Of a stretch of DNA of 40,793 nt, positions 16,901-23,842 are shown in pieces; the first letter of the stretch is position 1, and each line of letters begins with the position of its first letter. The DNA lies in assembly GCA_045631025.1 (NCBI GenBank), contig JAZQTY010000203.1:1-40793 (forward strand), written 5' to 3'. A program made the position numbers and the translations under genes. Origin of the DNA: Eubacteriales bacterium (GTDB lineage: Bacteria; Bacillota; Clostridia; Oscillospirales; CAG-272). The notes beneath the pieces are model-generated. The model made no database searches. It was not told the origin of the DNA and worked only from the letters and a program-made list of their open reading frames with translations.

Positions 16901-17975
16901 GGTTCGCAGGATCAGAGTCATTCACATACGGTGTCCAAAGGCTGAGCGTGTCTATTTTAGCATAATCGTCAAGCTCTACTACGAATATTCCAAAATACGA
17001 GGTGCCGATCTCGGCAGGGCCCTGCTTCATGCCGCCGTTTGCATCGAAATGAGTCATAACGAAGTCATCTCTATCAGCTCCCGGCCAGGTCTGCGCATCG
17101 GATGTAATATCACCGTCATACGCCTTGTCTTCGGTCCATACGCGGCTGGGCGGTTCGTTTCTGAAGCTTATGGGCTCATAGTCTTCAACCCAATTTCCGA
17201 ATACCGAAAGCTTATTGATATCAATATAGGGATTTACTACAGGCGTACCCATTACCTCAACCTCGGTAAGGATCGCTTCTGCGTTCGACGCGAGTCCGTA
17301 AACTCCGATAGCGATATATTTAGCAGTAACGTCGTTCATTTCTATCTTGTGAACGTATCCTGCCTGATCCTCGCCGTCAGCATTTACAAACGTTTCGGCC
17401 TTATAGAGGGTTTCATATTTTCCGCCGGTATAAACATCGTAAAATTTTGCGGACTCAATGCCTGCGTCGGTATACGTGCTTCCGTCTTCCGAATAGAAAA
17501 TTTCGTATCCGTCGTTGCACATATACCATTCGCCGTAATAGCTTTCCGGCGTCCACAGATTCAAGGAATCAACCACTACTGCGTAGTCAGCAAGCTCGAT
17601 TATAAAGAAGAGAAAATAATCGTCGCCGTTGTTTGCGCCGTGCTGCATTTTGCCGTTCTCGTCAAGGTAGCAGTATTTATATCCACCACCTTTTGCCTCG
17701 ATTTGAGCATCACTTTCAAAGTATCCGCCGCCGTCTTTTGGCTTTACACCATTCACGAGATCGCCATCAAAAGCGTTTTCAGCAGGATACGAGCCACGGA
17801 ATGCAACATTATATCCATCTGCATACTTTCCAAAAGCCGAAACCTTATTGATCTCCACCTTTTGGCTTGTAGCCTCCTCTGCCGACGCCGTCATAAACGT
17901 GAACGGTATCGCAAGCGCTATCATCAGCACTGCAAGAAAGAGCGATAACGCTTTTTTTAGATTTCGCGTTTTCAT
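13953..17975 (-). CDS. Giant secreted protein: 4 x discoidin/CBM32-like module + conserved middle domain + C-terminal EEP domain
   Basis: Signal peptide MKTRNLKKALSLFLAVLMIALAIPFT. Middle domain GASVRMDDPTGIRFTG...LGMLITPTEYL. EEP motifs MTYNIK, GLQEDD, NTHLH, MGDLNS, DHIFY, YPSDHLPV. Confidence 0.85.
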   Translation of the reverse strand: MKTRNLKKALSLFLAVLMIALAIPFTFMTASAEEATSQKVEINKVSAFGKYADGYNVAFRGSYPAENAFDGDLVNGVKPKDGGGYFESDAQIEAKGGGYKYCYLDENGKMQHGANNGDDYFLFFIIELADYAVVVDSLNLWTPESYYGEWYMCNDGYEIFYSEDGSTYTDAGIESAKFYDVYTGGKYETLYKAETFVNADGEDQAGYVHKIEMNDVTAKYIAIGVYGLASNAEAILTEVEVMGTPVVNPYIDINKLSVFGNWVEDYEPISFRNEPPSRVWTEDKAYDGDITSDAQTWPGADRDDFVMTHFDANGGMKQGPAEIGTSYFGIFVVELDDYAKIDTLSLWTPYVNDSDPANRPYMANNGYDIYYSVDGASYTAVDGASFTDVYKKQSTDDALYVEGTYNGKSGHVHNIDMGGVTAGYIAIAVSDLVYNATDIIFSEIVVEGEYTDAPKGDIKTFKPYGNGVGFLGSYNTERAFDGNIMTEAQTKPDANLAHKSFVELMSGTNNADAAGKSYYCLFEVELYEETEVSSLSLWTSYYDHVLDDGTYDGEYMSNNAYDIYYSADGVNYYAVKDAEFNNVYSDKDNNGYYVESMYGSDKGHVHDIDMRDVKAKYVVIAVSEAVYGDANNYMIFFEFAVHGTPTAIEIDKVDAFGRHLVPETGATQNFSFYNDYPISNAFDGDITTDAQNANHNRNGETIKDYEMCYFDADGVMANGENPDADGKSYYLIFVIRLEDYAQVDTLSLWTQYVNDSDPANRPYMANNGYDIYYSTDGKSYNAVSGASFEDVYPKQSTADALYVEGTYNGKDGHVHNIDMGGVEARYIAIAVSDIVYNAHEAIISEVTVNGGALKKTLVDGASVRMDDPTGIRFTGTVARSYYDRLVKDYGEDNVKLGMLITPTEYLENVDEFTKEAFDNWSFAKTKYIEIDADTILADGNDSYRINCALVNIKTDNVQREFSARLYIKVTSGDETEYIYSGYGKSSNSRSVSYVASVALADVRDKADSTYKNAVTVHGETKYSPYDENQRAMLETFSVKASSITVMTYNIKAYGEGDFWDKITGNETGWDGRDPVYALETIIEMMPDVVGLQEDDSNLYGEYSKVSGLSAYTRFNSNANGNEGNEILVNTAKFNVIDDGVEYFKELAKNSKYSSNSDVSDSRVDWDNDTKGDNAKGRFFRWVLVEDKTTGERFLVVNTHLHYKAWLTDDEATNADCNKYLRRAQATLIRLWLLDMSETCANQIVMGDLNSDQNAHSTKGLLTGTGALDQAAEDAAIAVNVGGTLIEDGYSTRQSHVYDHIFYNGDSLNAIEYVVVDNYDEDAPTLYPSDHLPVYAKFIAK
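15426..17864 (-). repeat. Four tandem type-B (discoidin-like) modules of about 200 aa; modules 2 and 4 are partly near-identical
   Basis: The (A/Y)(F)DG(D/N)..T(D/E)AQ anchor recurs four times. 15681-15723 is identical to 16887-16929 (43 nt, offset 1206 nt). Confidence 0.75.
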
Positions 17976-17992
17976 AACTTTTTCTCCTTATG

Positions 17993-19336
17993 TTATATTT
18001 GTTTTTTCAAAAACAGCGTGTCGCATTTCGCCATTTCAAAATTGTTGTAATCAAGCTCTACGGGAGTCATATGGTGATCAAAGTCGATCTTGTATACCGT
18101 ATACCCTTCCTCGAGGTTGGTGGTGAGCGTCTTTGGATCGCCCGTGTTAGTGATAAGCACTCCGCGCTCGGAGCCGTTCGTCGCCGCGATGGCGTAAAGC
18201 CTCTCGCCCTCTCCCGTCGTTTCGACCTCCGTGCCCAGTCTGTAAAGCTCACCGAACGCTACGAATGAATAGAGTGTGCAAAACGGATCTGTCGTAAGGG
18301 GATTAAAGAGTCCACCGTAAATGCTCGTACCATAACGCGCATCGTAGTAGCACATCATAGACATCTTGGTACGCTGCATCGCGATCATCATTGCCGCCGC
18401 GTTCGCCGCCGCATGCGACGTTCCTCTCAACGCTCGCGTTCTGTCGGTATTCCATTCGTTAAGATGTATTTCCACGTCGCCAAAGCCGTATTCCTCAAGC
18501 AGCCCTTCTACGTAGGCTTGCACCTGGCAGGTCTCGTTAACTGACATGTAGCTGTGGTGCGAGAAGAAATCAAGAGGTGCGTTTTCCTTTATAACCGCTT
18601 CAAGGAAGCCGCGGAAGAACTTGGTGTGATATATCGCTCTTTCCTCCCAGTGACTTACCTCGTGCTCGCCCGTATACTTTTCCATCGTCTGCATGTAGCC
18701 GAGGTAAAGTCCCGTGCTTGCGTAGCCTCCGACCTTGATTGAGTCGCCAAAGCACGATTTAAGATGCTTCGCAGTCACGGTGTAAAGCTCGTAATACTGC
18801 TCTGCCGTTCCCTTCCACATATCGTTTAGTTCAATGTTTTCCTCGTTGTCGGGCTCGTTCCATATCTCCCAATATTTGATATTGTAGTGATATCCGTCAG
18901 CCCAGCCCTCGTTATAGTGGCGAATAACGTGCTCACATATTCTCGCCCACTTATAAGGGTCATTAGGCGGGAATATGCGGTATGCCTTTACCCTGTGAGC
19001 GTTCTCAATGGTTACTCCCAAGCGGAAATACGGCTCAATTCCGTATTCATACATAACTGCAAACAAATTGTCGGTAAAGGCAAAGTCATAAGATGCGGGA
19101 TCGTTCTCATCTGCGTCGAAATCGCGAAACAGGTTCGGAATGTCAACGAACATATTACCGCCGAAGTATCCTTCTCCAACGTCGTGCATACGGGCGTACG
19201 GAATATTTGCCTCCCGTAAGTACCTCATCATGTCGCCGATGACCCCATTCTCGCCAATGTCCATCGGCGGCTGTCCCACGGCGTGCATCGGCTTTATTTT
19301 GCCGAGCTTCTTTTCAAAATCAAACTGTAAATTCAT
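17993..19336 (-). CDS. Clan GH-A glycoside hydrolase, GH39-like (paralog of 2275..3615)
   Basis: I place the start at ATG 19336 (MNLQFDFEKK) behind GGGAGG. YWEIWNEPD and IHLNEWN are conserved. The stop is 17 nt before the giant gene start. Confidence 0.65.
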   Translation of the reverse strand: MNLQFDFEKKLGKIKPMHAVGQPPMDIGENGVIGDMMRYLREANIPYARMHDVGEGYFGGNMFVDIPNLFRDFDADENDPASYDFAFTDNLFAVMYEYGIEPYFRLGVTIENAHRVKAYRIFPPNDPYKWARICEHVIRHYNEGWADGYHYNIKYWEIWNEPDNEENIELNDMWKGTAEQYYELYTVTAKHLKSCFGDSIKVGGYASTGLYLGYMQTMEKYTGEHEVSHWEERAIYHTKFFRGFLEAVIKENAPLDFFSHHSYMSVNETCQVQAYVEGLLEEYGFGDVEIHLNEWNTDRTRALRGTSHAAANAAAMMIAMQRTKMSMMCYYDARYGTSIYGGLFNPLTTDPFCTLYSFVAFGELYRLGTEVETTGEGERLYAIAATNGSERGVLITNTGDPKTLTTNLEEGYTVYKIDFDHHMTPVELDYNNFEMAKCDTLFLKKQI

Positions 19337-19414
19337 AAAGCCTCCCGTGCGCATGGGGGTAAAAACGCATCAAATCGCGGTTATATCCCTATGGATATAC
19401 TCTTCTGTATATAT

Positions 19415-19443
19415 ATTCTATCACAGCTCCACCCCAAATTCAA
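19415..19443 (-). promoter_or_regulatory. Putative sigma-A promoter for the GH39-like/giant operon (TTGAAT-N17-TAGAAT, TG-extended)
   Basis: The minus strand reads tttgTTGAAT, a 17-nt spacer, then TGATAGAAT. Confidence 0.4.
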
Positions 19444-19537
19444 CAAACAAACGTCATAGAAACACAACAAAAGGTCATTTTGAACGCACAAATGTAATGT
19501 TATTTTTTGTAAATATTGACTATTTTTTCGTTTACTA

Positions 19538-19566
19538 TTGACAAACTACACATAAAGTTATATAAT
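19538..19566 (+). promoter_or_regulatory. Consensus sigma-A promoter for AraC 19640..20635
   Basis: CTATTGACAAA, a 17-nt spacer, then TATAAT. Confidence 0.55.
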
Positions 19567-19639
19567 GCACTTAAAAATATACGCGCAAAACCACTCCAAG
19601 TCGTCAAAAACCGGAAACACAAAAATAGGAGGTATAAAA

Positions 19640-20635
19640 ATGAATCTCGGGAATTACATCTACAAGCATTCTTACTATTTATCGTCCGAGGTTTCACAAG
19701 AAATATACGATTTAAGAGAGATAATCTCACCCAACAGACCCGAGATACAGCCCGATCACGTATATTATACGTCAAGCATAACTATCTCTCAAAAAAACCC
19801 CGAAATCATGAGTATGGGTTTAGGCATATCTTTGTCTCCCCCGGATTCCTATATCAGAAGCAGATGCCGCGAAAAAATGTTTTTGAATTTCATTGTTAAA
19901 GGCAAAGGAACGCTTAACGGAAAGCCCTTTTACGAAGGACAGGCTTACTATACCCTCCCCTATGAAACGCACACCGTCATTTCCGACCCCGTTGATCCTT
20001 ACGTATCCGCATGGCTCTCATTAGAAGGAACTTATGTACAAACCGTATTGGATGAAATCAACAAAAGAGGCTCTCAAAGTATATTACCGATCGAAAACGG
20101 ATCGGATATATTTGAGCTGACTATGACTCTCCTTTATAAAACCAACCTCGGCGAGACCTCGACGTCATATTTGAAATCCCTCATAGATATTTACCTTTTC
20201 TATATAAAGCCGAGCGAAAAGGTCATATCGACGACCGAAGTATTCGCAACCGAGAAAATAGCGCAGATAGTGCGCGAAGCCAAAGCGTATGTCGCTAAAA
20301 ATCTGAAATACGTCACCGTTGCGGATCTGGCAAAGTATCTGCATTACAATAAAAGATACTTTTCCGGCATATTCACCGAGGCTATTGGCATGAATCCATC
20401 TGAATATATCAACGATTGCAAAATGGAATGGGCAAAGAACTCACTTGCCAATTCTGACCTTTCTATTACCGAAATAATGGAAGCGATAGGCTATAATCAC
20501 AGAAACGGATTTACGATAGCCTTTAAAAAGAAATACGGCTTCCCTCCCGCAGAGTATAGAAACAAAATAAAAAATCAAAGCGAGAAATCACCCTCCCTCG
20601 CTTCGGATATGCATACAGACGCAACAGCGCAGTGA
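19640..20635 (+). CDS. AraC/XylS-family transcriptional regulator
   Basis: From ORF 19565..20635. I place the start at ATG 19640 (MNLGNYIYK) behind AGGAGG. The C-terminal HTH is nearly identical to that of 1032..1973. Confidence 0.85.
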   Translation: MNLGNYIYKHSYYLSSEVSQEIYDLREIISPNRPEIQPDHVYYTSSITISQKNPEIMSMGLGISLSPPDSYIRSRCREKMFLNFIVKGKGTLNGKPFYEGQAYYTLPYETHTVISDPVDPYVSAWLSLEGTYVQTVLDEINKRGSQSILPIENGSDIFELTMTLLYKTNLGETSTSYLKSLIDIYLFYIKPSEKVISTTEVFATEKIAQIVREAKAYVAKNLKYVTVADLAKYLHYNKRYFSGIFTEAIGMNPSEYINDCKMEWAKNSLANSDLSITEIMEAIGYNHRNGFTIAFKKKYGFPPAEYRNKIKNQSEKSPSLASDMHTDATAQ

Positions 20636-20656
20636 GCCGTGGCTCACTGCGCTGTT
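20615..20656. repeat. Left 42-bp direct repeat (last AraC codons + terminator hairpin)
   Basis: aca(g)acgcaacagcgcagtgagccgtggctcactgcgctgtt matches 23772..23813 at 41/42 positions. Here it is followed by a T-tract. Confidence 0.9.
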
Positions 20657-20846
20657 TTCTTTTTGGTATTCATTCCACGCCCTCCGCTTGACTTCCAATC
20701 CGAGAGCTCTCCCACAAAAAACAAACTTCCATCATAATCACAAATATAGCTATTATACCAAAAAAGTGCTCATAAAAAGCTTCTTTTATTTTGATATACT
20801 TAATTATACCAATTTGAAAGAGTTTTTTGTAGTTTGATAAGCGACA

Positions 20847-21746
20847 TTAATATCCCAAAAGTGGCTGATCAAAATCCAGCAATATCATATTGATAATATT
20901 CACGTCGTACAGTTGCTCTTTTATACAGTATCCTACTATAATATCAAACTTATTGCTGTTGGAAAGCAAATATCCAAGAGTTCTTAAAAGATGGTTTGTC
21001 TCGTTGATATCCAATTTGAGTGCAATGGCAAAAGCTATTGCCGTTGACTTACTTGGGCGATAATCTTGGTTGCATTTTATTTTTGAAAATATTTTTCTGT
21101 CAACGTTAGCCTGTTTATAGCATTCAACGTCAGTAATACCCTTTTTGTCTATGTAATAAAGCAGTGTATCTGAAAACCCTTTATCCATATTTTTCAAAGC
21201 TTCAATTATAGTATCGCTTTTAATTTGTGGCTGTCCTATATACGGAGCAGCTGCGAAGTCTTTTTTTGGAGGGTCCGATACCTCTCGAGGTGTATTTGAA
21301 GCACTATAAATGCAGCGGCTATATCTTCTATCAATATATCTTCTTATGTTTTCCGAAATATCTTCTGTTGTCTTGCACTTTATAAATTTATGAATCGAAT
21401 TGTATTCATCACTGTTTTCAAAATCGTACTCATAAAGTCCTAAAATACGGTACTTATTTCCGTACTCGTTTTCCTCAAACAAAACAATAATTCGGTATGC
21501 TTTTTCATCACGAAAAAAATCGTAATAAGGCGGTCTTTTGTCTTTGTTGATGTATTCCTCGCTAACGGCATCCTCTGTAATCACTATTTCCCAACCGTTG
21601 TTTTTCTTCAAATCCGAGTTTATAAACCATAACCAAAAGTCGTCAGATAAGCTATATCTGCTTTTTGTAAAGGTCTTGAAATTCGTCTTGAAGGCTTTGT
21701 TTAAGAATTCTGCATGATTTTTTAGATTTACACTATCAATTGCCAT
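20847..21746 (-). CDS. Islet gene 3: unknown N-terminal domain fused to a C-terminal XRE-like HTH module
   Basis: The C-terminal ~110 aa (FSDTLLYYIDKKGITDVECYKQANVDRKIFSKIKCNQDYRPSKSTAIAFAIALKLDINETNHLLRTLGYLLSNSNKFDIIVGYCI) follow a small HTH-regulator pattern common in Firmicutes. Confidence 0.7.
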   Translation of the reverse strand: MAIDSVNLKNHAEFLNKAFKTNFKTFTKSRYSLSDDFWLWFINSDLKKNNGWEIVITEDAVSEEYINKDKRPPYYDFFRDEKAYRIIVLFEENEYGNKYRILGLYEYDFENSDEYNSIHKFIKCKTTEDISENIRRYIDRRYSRCIYSASNTPREVSDPPKKDFAAAPYIGQPQIKSDTIIEALKNMDKGFSDTLLYYIDKKGITDVECYKQANVDRKIFSKIKCNQDYRPSKSTAIAFAIALKLDINETNHLLRTLGYLLSNSNKFDIIVGYCIKEQLYDVNIINMILLDFDQPLLGY

Positions 21747-21774
21747 TTGCTTTCCTCTGACTACAATTTATTTA

Positions 21775-22509
21775 TCAATAATTTGAATATTCCATAGAAA
21801 ATTGCTTGTATATTTTCACTTTTCGAACTTTATTGTTTATTTCTTTCTCCACGATCTCTTGCGGACGGTATATGCCATAAAAGGCATACCCCTCTTTAGT
21901 TTTAATAAATGTTACTCTATCAGACCAATCGTTATGAATGGACCGTGTTTCATTACCAAGCCAAATTTCTTCTATGACATTCCCCTTTACGAAATTAAAC
22001 CAGTGGTAATTTTCATTAAATTTTTCAAAACGGTCATTGTGAGGTATGAACCATACGCTGTATCCCTCCGGGGTACAATTTTTGGCATACATGAGCGTAT
22101 TCATACCAAAATATCCCTTTTTAGAAATTTCCCAATCAAAAAAATTACAAAACTGAACGTATATATCCCTGCTATTTTTCCCATAAGCGGCACCGAACAA
22201 AATCCGTCTTTTTATTTTTTCCGGTTTTTCCCATATTCTGATTGCTTTGCATGAACGCTGATTAATTATATCTATTATTTCAGATTGAATCTTTTTATCA
22301 ACCGCTTCAAGGTGAAATCTGAATTGATCGGGGAAATAAAAATACTTTTCCTCTCCGGTGTCATAAAATTTTACTTTTATGTAGTAATGATTAAATCCCC
22401 CCTCAAATTTGGTCGTATATCCGCAGGTCTTTCCTTTTCTGTCTTTGTCAACGGTTACATCGAATTCTTTATTAAGAAATTCGTTTAATCTTTCATACTT
22501 GGCGAGCAT
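21775..22509 (-). CDS. Islet gene 2: hypothetical protein
   Basis: GGAGGA RBS; starts 18 nt after the gene 1 stop. No family recognised. The C-terminal half loosely resembles the N-terminal domain of gene 3. Confidence 0.65.
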   Translation of the reverse strand: MLAKYERLNEFLNKEFDVTVDKDRKGKTCGYTTKFEGGFNHYYIKVKFYDTGEEKYFYFPDQFRFHLEAVDKKIQSEIIDIINQRSCKAIRIWEKPEKIKRRILFGAAYGKNSRDIYVQFCNFFDWEISKKGYFGMNTLMYAKNCTPEGYSVWFIPHNDRFEKFNENYHWFNFVKGNVIEEIWLGNETRSIHNDWSDRVTFIKTKEGYAFYGIYRPQEIVEKEINNKVRKVKIYKQFSMEYSNY

Positions 22510-22527
22510 TTTCTTCCTCCACTCGTT

Positions 22528-23565
22528 TTAATTGCTGATTTTTACTATATTGTATCCTAATGATTCTGCTCTTTTTATAAACCCATGAATATTCCCTTGA
22601 CCCCATTGCGTACAAACCCAAATAGGCGTATCCAACAAGTATATTGGTGAACCCGAATAGTATCTTTTTTCATAATCTTCCCGACGACTTCTTGCCTCGT
22701 CAGGTTTAGCAACAACACCGCATGACCCTTGCAATCTGTCATAAAAAACAGCCTTTAATTCTCCATATTTGATAGTAGGATTATCTCGAACGTATGATTT
22801 AACTACAGCCTCAACCAATCTTGCCTTGCCGTATATCATTCCCTCGAAACAATATTTCGAATAATCCATGCCCTTCCCTTTTGTAGGCTTATCTACAATT
22901 GGAGGATTAACAATTATAGTTGTTTTAGGCTTTACCTCTATTGAAACATCCTGCAGTGCCGTGTCGATTTCCTTTTCAGAATAAGTACCTTCAAGATAAA
23001 GCTTTATCAATTCTAAAATGGTTTCCGTTGTAAGCTCATCTTTAATCTTTTGAATGTTATTGGAGAAATTATTTTTCGAATCTATAAATTCTTCTATCCG
23101 CTCTGCCGAAAAATTTCCCTTTCGAAGTAGCTCAATGAGCTTTATTCCCTCAGGATTGTTTTCAACAAAGGGTATCTCCCGCCTTTTGATTGTATCATTC
23201 TGGTAGTTATATACGCAAACATATATTTTTTGGCATACCAATATACCGACAGAAATACGCAATTGCCTTAAATAGCTTATCAATTGCTTTTGCATTTCTT
23301 GAGAAAAAGGCATATTATATTGCTTTAATTCAACATCAAACAGATCTTGCCCATTCGTATTTATAATAATATCGGGAATTCCTCTTTCACTTGTGCCAAA
23401 ATTAACTGTTCTCTGCGAATCAACTTCTTTAAGCATTCGACTATACCCGAATATTTCTAAATCTAAAAAATAATCTTCCCATTCCCGTTGTATATTGCTT
23501 TCCCTTAAATTATATAATTCTCGATATCTTGATACTATATAATTCCAATTTTCTGCGTATCCCAT
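22528..23565 (-). CDS. Islet gene 1: PD-(D/E)xK nuclease-fold protein (HsdR-N-like) with an unknown C-terminal domain
   Basis: I place the start at ATG 23565 (MGYAENW) behind AAGGAGA. Core motif GIPDIIINTNGQDLFDVELKQ (PD ... ExK), then QLISYLRQL...GILV, as in type I R-subunit N-terminal-like nucleases. Confidence 0.65.
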   Translation of the reverse strand: MGYAENWNYIVSRYRELYNLRESNIQREWEDYFLDLEIFGYSRMLKEVDSQRTVNFGTSERGIPDIIINTNGQDLFDVELKQYNMPFSQEMQKQLISYLRQLRISVGILVCQKIYVCVYNYQNDTIKRREIPFVENNPEGIKLIELLRKGNFSAERIEEFIDSKNNFSNNIQKIKDELTTETILELIKLYLEGTYSEKEIDTALQDVSIEVKPKTTIIVNPPIVDKPTKGKGMDYSKYCFEGMIYGKARLVEAVVKSYVRDNPTIKYGELKAVFYDRLQGSCGVVAKPDEARSRREDYEKRYYSGSPIYLLDTPIWVCTQWGQGNIHGFIKRAESLGYNIVKISN

Positions 23566-23771
23566 TTTAAAATTCTCCTTATTGTGTTTTGAGTATTCAT
23601 ATATAATATACGCAAAAAATCCCAAAAATACTTTTTATTTTCTAAAATTTTACATGAATTTTTTCACGACTTTATTTTACTATATTTTTTGACTTTTTTG
23701 GTCGTTTTAAAAGCGACATATTGCAATATTTTTTGTCTTTCAGGTTGCTCATGTTTCTTACGTGGCTTCCC

Positions 23772-23813
23772 ACAAACGCAACAGCGCAGTGAGCCGTGGC
23801 TCACTGCGCTGTT
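23772..23813. repeat. Right 42-bp direct repeat; here part of a perfect 20-bp-stem palindrome (23776..23817)
   Basis: acgcaacagcgcagtgagcc gt ggctcactgcgctgttgcgt. Lies 26 nt past the MFS gene stop (23843). Confidence 0.9.
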
Positions 23814-23842
23814 GCGTATATTAAACTAACTAAATTCGTATT

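Larger units (their letters stand above)
20615..23813. mobile_element. AT-rich three-gene islet bounded by 42-bp direct repeats; no recombinase present
   Basis: Direct repeats at both ends. My 60-nt spot counts give about 32% G+C inside (20847-20906) and about 47% outside (24001-24060). TTA/ATA/AAA-rich codon usage differs from the flanks. Confidence 0.5.

Noticed and set aside
20615-23813. The islet as a classical IS, transposon or prophage remnant.
   Set aside because: No transposase, integrase or recombinase motifs, no terminal inverted repeats and no phage genes are visible. Only the direct repeats and compositional shift support mobility, so it is labelled a low-confidence genomic islet.
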